Of a stretch of DNA of 56,590 nt, positions 46,125 to 56,372 are shown piece after piece; position 1 is the stretch's first letter; each line of letters opens with the position of its first letter. The stretch is from NCBI GenBank assembly GCA_937864375.1, contig CALMJO010000262.1, forward strand, positions 1-56,590, read 5' to 3'. The notes below the pieces were generated by a model. That model did no database searches. It was not told the origin of the DNA and saw only the letters and a program-made list of their open reading frames with translations. The stretch is from an uncultured Spirochaetota bacterium. GTDB taxonomy: Bacteria > Spirochaetota > UBA4802 > UBA5368. The translations under genes and the position numbers were made by a program.

Positions 46125-46637
46125 ATGAAACCAGGATCGGCCGTCACCGCCTTGATTGCGACCGTGCTTCTCTTCGCCGGCGCCCAGATATTCCCCCTCG
46201 GCTGCTCCTTCTCCCGAGATCGGGACGATGCGCTCAGGGAAACGGACCGCTGGTTCGAGCTCGTGCGCCAGGGCAAGTACCGGGAATCGGCCGACCTGCT
46301 GCATCCGAGCTTCCTTGAATCGACCCCGCGCGACAGGTATATCACGATGCTCGCTACCCTGAAAAAGGGATGCGGCGAGATCGGAAAACAGAATCTGCGC
46401 TCATGGAGCAGCCAGTCAAAGCTGTCCCCGGGGGGAGAAAAAAGCTCGCTCGTGCTGCTGGTATTCGATCTGCCCTGCCCCTCCGGCGCCATGGCGGTAA
46501 AACTCACCTGCACCCGCACCGGGGACAATGACCCGCCCCGAATCCTGCTCATGAGCATCACGGGCTCCCCCGTGCAGCAGGATGAACAAAAGGGCTCTCC
46601 TCCACGCGAGAAAGAGCCCCAGGGAGTGATGATCTGA
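46125..46637 (+). CDS. Hypothetical lipoprotein
   Basis: Signal peptide with a lipobox (LLFAGAQIFPLGC). 170 aa. No family assigned. Confidence 0.55.
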   Translation: MKPGSAVTALIATVLLFAGAQIFPLGCSFSRDRDDALRETDRWFELVRQGKYRESADLLHPSFLESTPRDRYITMLATLKKGCGEIGKQNLRSWSSQSKLSPGGEKSSLVLLVFDLPCPSGAMAVKLTCTRTGDNDPPRILLMSITGSPVQQDEQKGSPPREKEPQGVMI

Positions 46638-46659
46638 CCCGGGAGAGAAGCGCGCGCCC

Positions 46660-47226
46660 ATGAGCAAGTGGAAAGTGACGGACAGGAACACCGTGTACAA
46701 GAACGATATTTTTCATATCGAGTCGCTTCGCTGCCGTCACGACCGCAAGGACATTACCCACGACTTCTTCGTTCTCAACACGCGCGACTGGATCAACATC
46801 ACCGCACTCACCGGGGACAACCGGCTTATCATGGTCGAGCAGCACCGCCTGGGAACGGACGAATACACCATTGAAACGAGCGCGGGCCTCATCGAGCCCG
46901 GAGAGTCCCCGGAAGACGCCGCCCGCAGGGAGCTCCTGGAGGAAACCGGGTACGAGGCGTCAGATCTGGTCCTGCTTAAAAAATGCTCCTCGAACCCCGC
47001 GATAATGAACAACTACATCCACTTTTACCTGGCGACGGGATGCAGGAAAAGCGCCGCCCAGAACCTCGATCCCGCCGAGGACATCGACGTGCACCTGTAT
47101 ACCCACGAAGAGGTCTTCGACCTGGTGAATCGGGGCAGGATAGATCACAGCATCATTATCACCGCGCTGAGCCTCTACTTTCAGTCGCCGCACTTCAGGG
47201 GGAAAACTCCTCTGAGCCTTGCCTGA
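46660..47226 (+). CDS. NUDIX hydrolase (ADP-ribose pyrophosphatase-like)
   Basis: Nudix box GLIEPGESPEDAARRELLEETGY. Confidence 0.85.
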   Translation: MSKWKVTDRNTVYKNDIFHIESLRCRHDRKDITHDFFVLNTRDWINITALTGDNRLIMVEQHRLGTDEYTIETSAGLIEPGESPEDAARRELLEETGYEASDLVLLKKCSSNPAIMNNYIHFYLATGCRKSAAQNLDPAEDIDVHLYTHEEVFDLVNRGRIDHSIIITALSLYFQSPHFRGKTPLSLA

Positions 47227-47398
47227 AGGGGAGATGGTTCCCGCTGAGCGCGCATGTTCATGGTCGATCGGGGCATAATCCGTCCTCCGGCACCGCGTCC
47301 CGCCGATCCGCTGATCGGTCCCCCGATCTTTCCATGCATTCCGGTTTACGGCAGGCTGTATTGGCCAGAAAGTAAGTATTCAAGGACAGGCGACACCG

Positions 47399-47866
47399 TC
47401 ACTGTCGCTCCTGCCCCTGGATGGAGCATCCCGCATCGGCGCCCGCCAGTTCCACCGCCGAAATGGAGAGGCAGATGAAGCCTCCCCCCCGGGCGGGAAC
47501 GAAAAACACCAGCTTATCCTCTTCCCCGAGTTTCTGGCGCACGCATCCCCGGCCCGATTCACCCATGGTTTTAAAAAGAGAATTCTCCCTGAACCCGAAG
47601 CCTATCAGGGCTTTTACAGGATGGCTGATGATGCGACCGTGCGCATCCAGAGCGTAGTAATACCCGGTTGAACCCAGGCGGATCCCCTTCAGCGCATCGA
47701 CCTCCGCGGGTTTCCCCGCGAGCCTTTCCGCGTGCCGTTCCAGCTCGCGAAAGATGGCATCCGGTGTCGGGGGGCGCGCCGTGATGCATCCGAAGGCCGT
47801 GAAGAGAATCGTCCCCACACACGCGAGAACGTATATAATGACCGGTTTACCTGTCATATTCACCAT
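47399..47866 (-). CDS. Small lipoprotein with a Cache/PDC-like fold signature
   Basis: Lipobox (LFTAFGC). GYYYALDAHGRIISHP resembles the Cache-domain core. Confidence 0.5.
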   Translation of the reverse strand: MVNMTGKPVIIYVLACVGTILFTAFGCITARPPTPDAIFRELERHAERLAGKPAEVDALKGIRLGSTGYYYALDAHGRIISHPVKALIGFGFRENSLFKTMGESGRGCVRQKLGEEDKLVFFVPARGGGFICLSISAVELAGADAGCSIQGQERQ

Positions 47867-48043
47867 TTTTTAAACTAAATATTGCCAAATATCTATTGAC
47901 AACAAGAAAAATAATTATAACATCACCCCTGTTTAGCCTCCGGATACTTTAATACCATGCTCTCCGCCCGTCCGAGGCTGAAATGTGCATAATGGAACGT
48001 ACCATAATTTATGAGAATAAACATCAATGCAGGAGGTTTTCCC

Positions 48044-49156
48044 ATGCTTAAAAGGTTTCTTATTGTATGTATGTGTGTTTCCTTCGGACTATTCATAACT
48101 TCCATAACCGTTGCCCAGGACAAGGTTGATCCGGCCAAGGAAGCCCCCAAGGCCGAGGAAAAGAAAGCCGACGTCAAGGAAGAGAAAAAGGCCGAGGACC
48201 TGGCGGGCGACGAGAAGCTCGAAGCGGTAGAGGTTCCCAAGGACGAGGCCAAGAAGGGAAGCACGGTCACGCTCCAGGCGAAGACCTCTTTTGACGGAGT
48301 GAACACCTACGCCAACTCCAAGGTCCAGTTCAAGCTCAACACCACCGACAACATGATGCTCGACAAGACCGAATACAAGATCAACGCCGCCGAGGCCGTG
48401 GCGTACGACAAGCCCTTTACCCTCGACGAGGAGGGAAAGTACACGATAACCTACTACGGCACCGACAAGCTCGGAAACCGTGAAGACGAGAAGATGTTCC
48501 GCGTGATCATCGACAACACCGCTCCCGAGGTCGTCATCACCACGAACAAGCCCGTCATCAAGATAGGGGACAAGTACTTTGGCTCCAAGACCATGGCATT
48601 TACCGTCAACGCCAAGGACGCGGCGTCCGGAGTAAGCAAAACCGACTACGCAATCAACGGCAAGGACTTCACCGAGTACGTCACCAGCTTCAACATAGCC
48701 ACCGACGGCGAAATCGAGCTCAAGGCGAAAGCGGTCGACAACGTCGCCAATCTCACCGAAAACTTCACGCTCAAGCTGGTCGACGACACCGGAAAGGAGA
48801 TCGAGGTCAAGAACGGCGCGGTAAAGATATTCATGGACAACGTTCCTCCCACGATCGAGCTCAAGTCCAACAAGGAATTCGTTCAGAAGGACGGGAAAAA
48901 CGTTGCGTCAACCGAATACAAGTACAGCGTCGCGGCGACTGATAACGAATCGGGCGTGGCCATGATACTGGTCAGGGTTGACGGCAAGGGAGATTTCGAA
49001 GCCTACAAGGGCGATATCACCTTTGCGTCCAACGGCGAGCATCTCATCGAAGCCAAGGCGCTTGACAAGATGGGAAATATTTCCACTACCGCGATCCTTT
49101 CGGTATTCGTCGACGTACTGCCGCCGCAGACCACCATCGAGACCGTAACCGAGTAG
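48044..49156 (+). CDS. Secreted repeat protein with OmpL47-type / Ig-like beta-sandwich repeats
   Basis: ATG at 48044 with an AGGAGG SD. Has a signal peptide and a Lys/Glu-rich linker. A module is repeated three times (e.g. TEYKINAAEAVAYDKPFTLDEEGKYTITYYGTDKLGNRE...IIDNTAPEV, then SKTDYAING...KAVDNVANL...DNVPPTI, then ...DKMGNIS...VDVLPPQT). Confidence 0.65.
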   Translation: MLKRFLIVCMCVSFGLFITSITVAQDKVDPAKEAPKAEEKKADVKEEKKAEDLAGDEKLEAVEVPKDEAKKGSTVTLQAKTSFDGVNTYANSKVQFKLNTTDNMMLDKTEYKINAAEAVAYDKPFTLDEEGKYTITYYGTDKLGNREDEKMFRVIIDNTAPEVVITTNKPVIKIGDKYFGSKTMAFTVNAKDAASGVSKTDYAINGKDFTEYVTSFNIATDGEIELKAKAVDNVANLTENFTLKLVDDTGKEIEVKNGAVKIFMDNVPPTIELKSNKEFVQKDGKNVASTEYKYSVAATDNESGVAMILVRVDGKGDFEAYKGDITFASNGEHLIEAKALDKMGNISTTAILSVFVDVLPPQTTIETVTE

Positions 49157-49175
49157 CGCTCGAACGAGCTGCAAT

Positions 49176-49210
49176 AAAGGGGGGAGCATGGTGCTCTCCC
49201 CTTTTATTTT
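49176..49210. terminator. Bidirectional terminator between convergent genes
   Basis: A 10-bp stem, GGGGGGAGCA-tgg-TGCTCTCCCC, with one G-U pair. It is followed by TTTTATTTT on the plus strand and TTTATT on the minus strand. Confidence 0.7.
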
Positions 49211-49704
49211 CATTCCGCGCTTTCAGTCACATATTTCGAATAATAGATCTTCACCATGTATTCCAGGCCCAGGTAGTCGTAGATGGAGGCTATGTTGTAC
49301 AGGGCCTGCACCATTCCCGGGTCATAATCGTACGCGCGCTGGAACGAATGCAGGGACTCCTCGTATTTTCGTGCGAACATGTGCGCGAGCCCCAGATAGT
49401 AATGGGCTGACGCCATTCGCTTGTCCAGCTCGACGGCACGTTCAAGATGCCTCCTTGCCTTCGCAAGCCCGCCCTCGCGCATCAGGTACGCTTTTCCGAT
49501 GCCGTAGTGCGCGCGCGCATAATAAGGATTTATTTCGAGCGAGCGCGTAAAGGTTTGTATAGCGTCATCAAGCCTGCCTTCCAGCGCCTGGGCGGCGCCC
49601 TTCTCGTAAAGCACGCCTGAATCCTCACGGGCAGGCAGCGACAGGGGTATCATGGAAAAACCGGCCGCCAGGAGGAGCAGCGCGCATTGCCGCTTAACGG
49701 GCAT
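49210..49704 (-). CDS. Secreted TPR-repeat protein
   Basis: Has a signal peptide and three or four TPR-like repeats (AIQTFTRSLEINPYYARAHYGIGKAY, HLERAVELDKRMASAHYYLGLAH, SFQRAYDYDPGMVQALYNIA). Confidence 0.7.
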   Translation of the reverse strand: MPVKRQCALLLLAAGFSMIPLSLPAREDSGVLYEKGAAQALEGRLDDAIQTFTRSLEINPYYARAHYGIGKAYLMREGGLAKARRHLERAVELDKRMASAHYYLGLAHMFARKYEESLHSFQRAYDYDPGMVQALYNIASIYDYLGLEYMVKIYYSKYVTESAE

Positions 49705-50137
49705 CGGGAATGAACTCTTTAAGCTTCTCGTAGAAAAAACTGTCTATGCCCTTCTCGTAGTAGACGTACGCGACGAACACGATCCAGAGGGCGAGCGTCA
49801 GGATGCACATGAACTTGAGAAGCCTTTCGGCGCCAATATCGTCCGACTTGTAGAAGAGTATGATCAGCGCCAGGGGCCAGAAAAGGAAAAGATTCACAAA
49901 CACCAGCGCGACTAATTCTTTAAGGAAATCGATCAAGACGGTATACCAGTTCTGGACGAACAAGGCATAGCCGCTGTTGAGGTTTTCCCAGAAGAACCAC
50001 ACGTAGAAGACAAAAATCAGCGTCGCAATAATTTTCCAGAACGCCTCTATCCTTGGCCTGAACCACATGAAGGCCACGGTGAAGCCCCAAATCGCGACGA
50101 ATATGAATACCGACTTTACGAGGAGCGCCTTGTCCAT
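49694..50137 (-). CDS. Hypothetical polytopic membrane protein (the ATG at 50137 is preferred)
   Basis: 147 aa with four hydrophobic helices rich in Phe and Trp. It overlaps the TPR gene by 11 nt, which suggests an operon. Confidence 0.55.
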   Translation of the reverse strand: MDKALLVKSVFIFVAIWGFTVAFMWFRPRIEAFWKIIATLIFVFYVWFFWENLNSGYALFVQNWYTVLIDFLKELVALVFVNLFLFWPLALIILFYKSDDIGAERLLKFMCILTLALWIVFVAYVYYEKGIDSFFYEKLKEFIPDAR

Positions 50138-50266
50138 TGCCTGTTCCGGTCCCCAGAATATAAGCCGTGCGTGAATATTGATTCTATCGTATGCAGCGGG
50201 CAACAGAAAAAAACTTTACACGATTATTTATCGGCCTTCAGAATAAGCCACTGTAACATTAAATCC

Positions 50267-50749
50267 ATGCATACTGGTATGAATCTCCCGGATGAAGCAG
50301 GCCGGCCCCCCTTTCGATGGGGGACCCGGAAAATCGTCTCCATGCTCCTCGCGGCCTGCCTGGCGTGCCTTTCGTGCGGTCATACGGTGCCGAGGACCCT
50401 CGCCGCCGGTTCCTACTCCGTCAGGGTCGCTCACAACGGCGCCGCCTCGGCAGAGCTGGCCGGCGAAATAACCAGGGTTCTCGCAGACGGTTGCACTGCT
50501 CCCATTGACAGCACGCTCGAGGTGATAATTATTGATTACGTCCCCCCCAAGGAGGTTTATTCTTATACCGGAACGGATGCCGCCGGCGTCCAGGTACGAA
50601 CGACCAATGCACGCCTGAAACTGCTCCTCAAACTCAGAAGACGGGACAATACGCTGAAGGCAATTTACCCTGTTGATGCCGAGGCAGCATCCCTACGGGC
50701 GTTGGCGGAGATCTCCCGCGACAAAATCAACGGGGTGCTCTCACGCTAA
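50267..50749 (+). CDS. Hypothetical lipoprotein
   Basis: Lipobox-like LAACLACLSCG. Start is ATG 50267 or ATG 50279 (the track start is 50171). No family recognised. Confidence 0.45.
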   Translation: MHTGMNLPDEAGRPPFRWGTRKIVSMLLAACLACLSCGHTVPRTLAAGSYSVRVAHNGAASAELAGEITRVLADGCTAPIDSTLEVIIIDYVPPKEVYSYTGTDAAGVQVRTTNARLKLLLKLRRRDNTLKAIYPVDAEAASLRALAEISRDKINGVLSR

Positions 50750-51757
50750 ATGTCCCATCCCTGCCTTTCTTCTCCCAGTTTCGAGCCTGTAACCGAGTCT
50801 GATGGCGCTGATCATGCTCTGGTGGTGTGCCTGGTTTTTCCCTGCGATATCGAACGCGGTTCCATGGTCAACGGACGTTCGCGTGAGCGACAGCCCAAGG
50901 GTGACATTGACCCCTGTTTCGAAAGCGACCATCTTGAATGGAATCAGCCCCTGATCGTGATAGTGCGCGATTGCCAGGTTATAGCCTTTCCACCGCGAGA
51001 GGACGAAGAGCGCGTCGGCCGACACCGGACCTTCCACTCTGATGCCTTCTTTCCGCGCCGCCCTCACCGCCGCCCCGGTGACTTTTTCGTCGAATTCTCC
51101 AATAGCCCCCTCGTCACCGCAATGCGGATCGAGACCAGCCACCGCGATACGCACCTCCCCCCCGTCGATCGCCGTAATCGCGGTATGGCCGGCGCGGATC
51201 GTATCAAGTATTGATTTTTCATCCAGCATGCCGGTCACGTGTGCCAGGGGAACGTGGGTGGTCGCCAGCAACACCCTGTATTCGTCGGAGAACATCATCA
51301 TGTACGGATTTGATTCGCCGATTGCTCCCGCGAGGTACTCGGTATGTCCGGTGAATTTGTACCCGGCCTTTTCAATGCAGCCCTTGCTCACGGGCCCGGT
51401 TACCAGGTAATCAATGATCCCGTCTCTCCAGAGCCCCACGGCGGCATCGATGTAATTCTTCGCCTCCAGGCCGGTGTATGCGCTTCCCCTTCCCGGCTCC
51501 GGAACTGGAGAGTCCGACGTTACCTGATAGAGGTATTTGCCTCCCGGCTCAATTTCTGCGAGGTCTGTTGAGGAGCCAAGGATGCGGTAGTCAGTGAAAA
51601 GGGAGCAATAGGGCCCGTCGAGCACTTCGCGGCGGCCGACGAGAAGGCAGGTGACTTCTGCATCATTGATTGCATTTACTGCCTTGAGCGCAACCTCCGG
51701 GCCTATCCCGGCGGGATCGCCTATCGTGATCCCGGCAACCAGATTATTGACGCGCAA
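50741..51757 (-). CDS. pdxA: 4-hydroxythreonine-4-phosphate dehydrogenase
   Basis: Motifs ITIGDPAGIGPEV, GHTEYLA, TTHVPL and SVDHGTAFDIAGK. Confidence 0.9.
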   Translation of the reverse strand: MRVNNLVAGITIGDPAGIGPEVALKAVNAINDAEVTCLLVGRREVLDGPYCSLFTDYRILGSSTDLAEIEPGGKYLYQVTSDSPVPEPGRGSAYTGLEAKNYIDAAVGLWRDGIIDYLVTGPVSKGCIEKAGYKFTGHTEYLAGAIGESNPYMMMFSDEYRVLLATTHVPLAHVTGMLDEKSILDTIRAGHTAITAIDGGEVRIAVAGLDPHCGDEGAIGEFDEKVTGAAVRAARKEGIRVEGPVSADALFVLSRWKGYNLAIAHYHDQGLIPFKMVAFETGVNVTLGLSLTRTSVDHGTAFDIAGKNQAHHQSMISAIRLGYRLETGRRKAGMGHLA

Positions 51758-52169
51758 GAAACTCCTCTGGAACTATCTTGTTCTTTTCGTACTCGAGCTC
51801 AATGAGGTCTTTCGCCGAGGACTTCAGATCGTTCGAGATGGTGCAGCGCCCTTCGAGAATGACGCCATTCTGGATGATCAGCTCAGGGGTCTTGATATCG
51901 CCGTATATCTTTGCCGTGGGCATGAGCAGCACCCTGCTGGAAGCGTTAATGTTGCCGATCACGAGCCCCTCAACGATCACCGATACCGCATTGATGTTGG
52001 TCCTGATCTTTCCCGTGGTGCCTATGTAGAGCTGGTCCGCCTGCAGGTACTTTCCCTCGAACCTGCCATCAATCTTGAGCGAGCCGTTTATCAGGAATCT
52101 CCCGGTGAAATACGAGTTTTCCCCAATGAGATTGCTTGCGACGTCCCCGCCTATCTTCGTTAGAGCCAT
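51744..52169 (-). CDS. Bactofilin (polymer-forming cytoskeletal protein, DUF583)
   Basis: Beta-helix repeats: INGSLKIDGRFEGKYLQADQLYIGTTGKIRTNINAVSVIVEGLVIGNINASSRVLLMPTAKIYGDIKTPELII. Confidence 0.8.
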   Translation of the reverse strand: MALTKIGGDVASNLIGENSYFTGRFLINGSLKIDGRFEGKYLQADQLYIGTTGKIRTNINAVSVIVEGLVIGNINASSRVLLMPTAKIYGDIKTPELIIQNGVILEGRCTISNDLKSSAKDLIELEYEKNKIVPEEFLARQ

Positions 52170-52270
52170 TTCTACCTCGAAATCCTGAATTTTAAAGCTA
52201 TGGTCAGCCGGTTTTCATTAATGTCAATTGCAAAACAAAAATAAACACGCCCTTCGTGGTCCGGGTGCTC

Positions 52271-53044
52271 TCAGGCCTTTTTAATATCCGGTACGTTGAT
52301 CACCTGCAGGGCCTCTCCCAGGAATTCCTTCATGTACTTGAGCGCCTCGAGAACGGTCTTTCCCTCGAACATTCTGCTCGACTCGTAATCGGCATACTCG
52401 ATTTTATCCTCGGGATTGAGTACCATGGTGCCGCCGAATTCGGCATCCGAAATAAGAGCGGACACTAGCGTTTTTGCCATCTTGAAAAACTCGCTCAGCT
52501 CGAACAGGAAAACTCTGGCCTGCTTGTTCCTCATCATGGAGAGCTGTCCGGTGTATTCAGGAGATTTCGTCTTGTCGGAATCGGACACGGTGAGCTCGAA
52601 CTGCTTGAGCCCGCGAACGCACTGGTCGAGCTTCCTGTAGAGGGAGTCTCTCACGCCTGAATTGGAATAATCCAGCTTGGTGTGCTGTTCGGCGATTATG
52701 CCCCAGATATGCTCCTCGAAATGCGCCTTTATGCTTGCGGCGATGTTGAGATCCTCGTCGCTTTTGAAGGGGGAAAACTGCTTCATTTCAACGGCATTCA
52801 GGAACTTGAATCCGGAAAAGTCCTGCTTCTCGTTCGCACCTGGCGTCGATAACTCGGCGCCGAGCATTAGCTCGACATCCTGGAGGTCAACATTCGGGTA
52901 TATCTCTTCCAGCTTTTCCCTCAGGGCCTCGAGGTCCTTTTTTACGCGCGCCTTTTGCTCGGGGACGCGGCTGGTTTTCATCACGCCCTCGAGGGCCTTT
53001 ATGGATTTTACTATCTTTAACGCTTTTTCCTTGTTTTCATCCAT
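52271..53044 (-). CDS. Hypothetical protein (soluble and helical)
   Basis: 257-aa ORF with GC somewhat lower than its neighbours. No recognisable motif. Confidence 0.5.
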   Translation of the reverse strand: MDENKEKALKIVKSIKALEGVMKTSRVPEQKARVKKDLEALREKLEEIYPNVDLQDVELMLGAELSTPGANEKQDFSGFKFLNAVEMKQFSPFKSDEDLNIAASIKAHFEEHIWGIIAEQHTKLDYSNSGVRDSLYRKLDQCVRGLKQFELTVSDSDKTKSPEYTGQLSMMRNKQARVFLFELSEFFKMAKTLVSALISDAEFGGTMVLNPEDKIEYADYESSRMFEGKTVLEALKYMKEFLGEALQVINVPDIKKA

Positions 53045-53213
53045 ACCATTTTCGCAATTCGGGTGAAGGGATCGCTTTCAAAAATACCGCTGCATGATGC
53101 TACCAGCCTCCCTTCAAATATGCAATTAAAATATTTTGGCCTTCATTATTAATGCTCACCTGCCGATACTTTAATCAAGGAAAGATTATGTCTTATTGCT
53201 GAGAGCCGGCACC

Positions 53214-54128
53214 ATGCATCGCACACTACATGTAATCCTGGCTGCGATACTCCTCCTCGGGTCCCGTGATTCACGGGCGGAGGAGAGCCGTGTGCGCGAG
53301 CTTGACAGTCTGGCCCTCACCTCCGACGAGATCAAGTCCCTTCGCGCGGATATCTCAAGCTCCCTTGCGATAATCAGGGGCAACCGCGACGAAAAGGAGA
53401 TGCCCACGCTCAGGTTTCTTCGCTACAGGGTGAAGAAAGGCGACTCCTTCTGGACGCTGCTGTCCGCGACATCGCAGAACATCGACACCATTATCTCGAT
53501 CAACTCCATTACCTCGCCGCAGGACATGGATCCCGGGAAAGAGCTTTACATTCCCAACATGCGCGGGATCGCCTACCAGGTTCGCAGCGGCGACACTCTC
53601 GCAAGCATTTCACGCGCAACCGGTATCCGCGAAAAATATATCGCCCAGTGCAACAGGGTCAGGACGGCGGAAACCCGGTACCTGTTCATCCCGGCCGCCG
53701 CTATTTCATCGACAGAAAGAGCGCTTTTCCTTGGAACGGCCTTCGCCAATCCGCTCCAGGATTCGCTCAAGACTTCGGGATTTGGCATGAGGAGGGACCC
53801 GTTCAACAATGCCATGGACTTCCATCGCGGGATCGACCTCGCATGCCCGGTTAACACGACCGTGGGCGCCTCGCGGGCCGGGAAAATCGTATATGCCGGT
53901 TTTTACGGCGGTTACGGGCTCCTGGTAATCATGCAGCATGCCTACGATTATTATTCATACTACGGCCATCTCAACAGGGTACTGGCGCCCGTAGGCACTG
54001 AGGTTGCGGCGGGAGAACCGATCGCGCTTTCGGGGAACTCCGGACGAACCACGGGCCCGCATCTTCACTTCGAGGTCAGGAAAGGGCCGCGCCCTGTCAA
54101 CCCGGGCCTTCTACTCGAAAACCACTAG
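53214..54128 (+). CDS. LysM-domain M23 family metallopeptidase
   Basis: Has a signal peptide, two LysM repeats (YRVKKGDSFWTLL..., YQVRSGDTLASIS...) and the M23 motifs HRGIDLA and GPHLHFEV. Confidence 0.85.
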   Translation: MHRTLHVILAAILLLGSRDSRAEESRVRELDSLALTSDEIKSLRADISSSLAIIRGNRDEKEMPTLRFLRYRVKKGDSFWTLLSATSQNIDTIISINSITSPQDMDPGKELYIPNMRGIAYQVRSGDTLASISRATGIREKYIAQCNRVRTAETRYLFIPAAAISSTERALFLGTAFANPLQDSLKTSGFGMRRDPFNNAMDFHRGIDLACPVNTTVGASRAGKIVYAGFYGGYGLLVIMQHAYDYYSYYGHLNRVLAPVGTEVAAGEPIALSGNSGRTTGPHLHFEVRKGPRPVNPGLLLENH

Positions 54129-54172
54129 CGCCTGGAATTTTGTTACTGCCGGGAAGGACTTGTACGCAGTCG

Positions 54173-56371
54173 TTATTCGAGCCCGTCCATGAGGGTGAAG
54201 AGGTCCTCACCGTCCTCGGGATACTCGGCGGTAAGGTACATGAGCATGAGCTGCATCTCCTTCTTGCTGAAATGCCGGCCGATCTCGTTCCTTATGGTAT
54301 TTGCGAGGGTTATGGCGAATTTCTTGTTCTTCCCCGGAAGCACCATCAGGAACTTGTTCCGCTCCACCCTCATCGCGTAATCGGTATCCGACAATCTCGA
54401 AGAAAGTATCTGCTCGCAGTGGTCCACGAGCGCCGCTGCGTCCTCGCGGCCGTACAGGCTGAAATAGCGCTTGAAATTCTTGATGGAAAACAGCACAAGC
54501 GTAAAAGGGATCCCCAGACCGCGCGCGCTGTCGAACGATCTCTGCACACGACGTATCACGGGCTCTATGACATCGGTGTAATGCGCGTCCCTGTTACCCA
54601 AAAACCGCATGTTGATCATGTAGGAGATGAGCAGCCTCGAAAGCCTGTCCAGGTGCAAATGAAGGCCGTCGGGAAACTCTCTCTCCTCGAGACGGAAAAC
54701 CGCCATGAATCCCAGGATCATGCCGCCGGACTTGTAGGGAAATATCCAAAGCTGCGAGATTTTGCTCATGATCTGTTCCGGGAAAGCGCTTCTTATGACC
54801 GGAAGCTCGTTGAATCCGAAGATTCGTGATCCCTCTTTCATTTCGAGCAGGTATGAAATAAAGGGATGATCCATGGCCAGCTTGAATTTATTCTCCGCAA
54901 GGCCTGTCAGGTCTTCCTTCTCCATAAGGATCGGAAAAAATTCGTCGTTCTTCTCGCTCCGGATGAACAACGCATAGCTCTGCAGCCCCATCCTGATCAG
55001 CTCGTCCTGCATGAGCGCCGTCGCTGATTCCACGCTCGTACACTGTGCAATGGTGTTCATTAAATCGCCAATGGCGCTGTTGAGGCCTATGTCGTCCCTG
55101 TATGCGTTGGAGAAGCGCTGCAGCTCTTCCAGCGCCGTGATTCGCTTGAGAACAATCGCGGCGATTTCGGCGATCGAAGTCATGAAGTCCTTTTCGGCGT
55201 CCGTAAAATCCCCGATCGTTATTTTTTCTCCCACCACGATCGCTCCCAGCGTCCTTCCGTCGGTGGTCAGAGGGCACAGGAGTCTTGCATCGACCGAGAT
55301 AAGGCGATAGTACTCCTCCTCGAAGTCCGGAAGGCTCTTGAACGAGTCGAGGTCAACGATGTCGCGCTTGCCCAGTATGCCGGCCAGTATTCCTATTTCG
55401 GTATTGAACACGACACGCCTGTTTTTCAGGATGATACCGCGAGAGTCGGTGATCGCCCAGGAGCGCCGGTCATTTTCGTCGGGGATGATAATCGATGCGG
55501 ACGAGGTCCCGATCTGGCCCATCACCGAAAAAAGGATCACGTCGTACAACTCGCTCCTGGATTCGGCCCTCACGATTTCCTTGCCGATTTCATAAAGCAC
55601 CATGAAATCATGGAACTTTTTGTTGTGCCTCGTGGTCTGCCCTATCCGATCGGGGAGCTCGCTGCGGAACCTGTCCTCGTCAAATTTTTGAGGCTCCCCG
55701 CCGGTCTCCCCGGAAGGCGCATCGGCGCCTGGTCCCGGCTCCCGTTCAGCCTCGTGAATCTCTTTTACCCCGGGGACCGATCGATCGCGCCCGGCACGCT
55801 CCGCCTCCACGGAAGCGCGTTCGGCGATACGGGGCTCCGGGCCCATTTCCTCTTGCTCGATCACGTCCGGTTGATCAATGCCTTCCGTGACAACGGATCC
55901 TGTCTCCTCCGCTTTCACGTCCCCTGCGCTCCCTGCCGGTCCCGGCATGATTCCCTCGTCGCCGAACGAAGCAAGTCCATGCAGGTCCTTTTTCTTGAGC
56001 AACAAGGGAGGTTCGTCATCAGCGTTGAGCGGGCTGGACGGATCCTCGCGATGGCGGGGCGCAGACTCCATGGGGAGGACCGCTCCGGGAACGTTCATAC
56101 CCGTCGCTTCGGGCACTTCGTCCACGGTTGAATGTTCGGTGTCGTCCGGAAGCCTGAAAAGCTCGTCGTCAGCGATCGGCAGGGCGACATCATCCACGGG
56201 CGTCTCCCGGGATCCGGACCCCTTTCCCGCGCTTTCTGCACCCTGGCGGTAATCCTCATCGGCATTGATCATGTCCGTCTCGGCGGGTCCCTGTATTTTA
56301 TCGATCAGCGTCTGTTCGCCGCGGCTGTTGATTTCCTTTTTATACTGAAGCGCTTTTTCAAGAAGGCCCAT
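54173..56371 (-). CDS. GAF-domain protein with a degenerate C-terminal GGDEF domain and a long acidic, disordered N-terminal region
   Basis: 732 aa. The GAF-like stretch is LLCPLTTDGRTLGAIVVGEK. The GGDEF-like module FTLVLFSIKNFKRYFSLYGREDAAALV...RVERNKFLMVLPG has ERNKF in place of GGDEF and S in place of the first metal-binding Asp. Confidence 0.65.
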   Translation of the reverse strand: MGLLEKALQYKKEINSRGEQTLIDKIQGPAETDMINADEDYRQGAESAGKGSGSRETPVDDVALPIADDELFRLPDDTEHSTVDEVPEATGMNVPGAVLPMESAPRHREDPSSPLNADDEPPLLLKKKDLHGLASFGDEGIMPGPAGSAGDVKAEETGSVVTEGIDQPDVIEQEEMGPEPRIAERASVEAERAGRDRSVPGVKEIHEAEREPGPGADAPSGETGGEPQKFDEDRFRSELPDRIGQTTRHNKKFHDFMVLYEIGKEIVRAESRSELYDVILFSVMGQIGTSSASIIIPDENDRRSWAITDSRGIILKNRRVVFNTEIGILAGILGKRDIVDLDSFKSLPDFEEEYYRLISVDARLLCPLTTDGRTLGAIVVGEKITIGDFTDAEKDFMTSIAEIAAIVLKRITALEELQRFSNAYRDDIGLNSAIGDLMNTIAQCTSVESATALMQDELIRMGLQSYALFIRSEKNDEFFPILMEKEDLTGLAENKFKLAMDHPFISYLLEMKEGSRIFGFNELPVIRSAFPEQIMSKISQLWIFPYKSGGMILGFMAVFRLEEREFPDGLHLHLDRLSRLLISYMINMRFLGNRDAHYTDVIEPVIRRVQRSFDSARGLGIPFTLVLFSIKNFKRYFSLYGREDAAALVDHCEQILSSRLSDTDYAMRVERNKFLMVLPGKNKKFAITLANTIRNEIGRHFSKKEMQLMLMYLTAEYPEDGEDLFTLMDGLE

Positions 56372-56372
56372 G

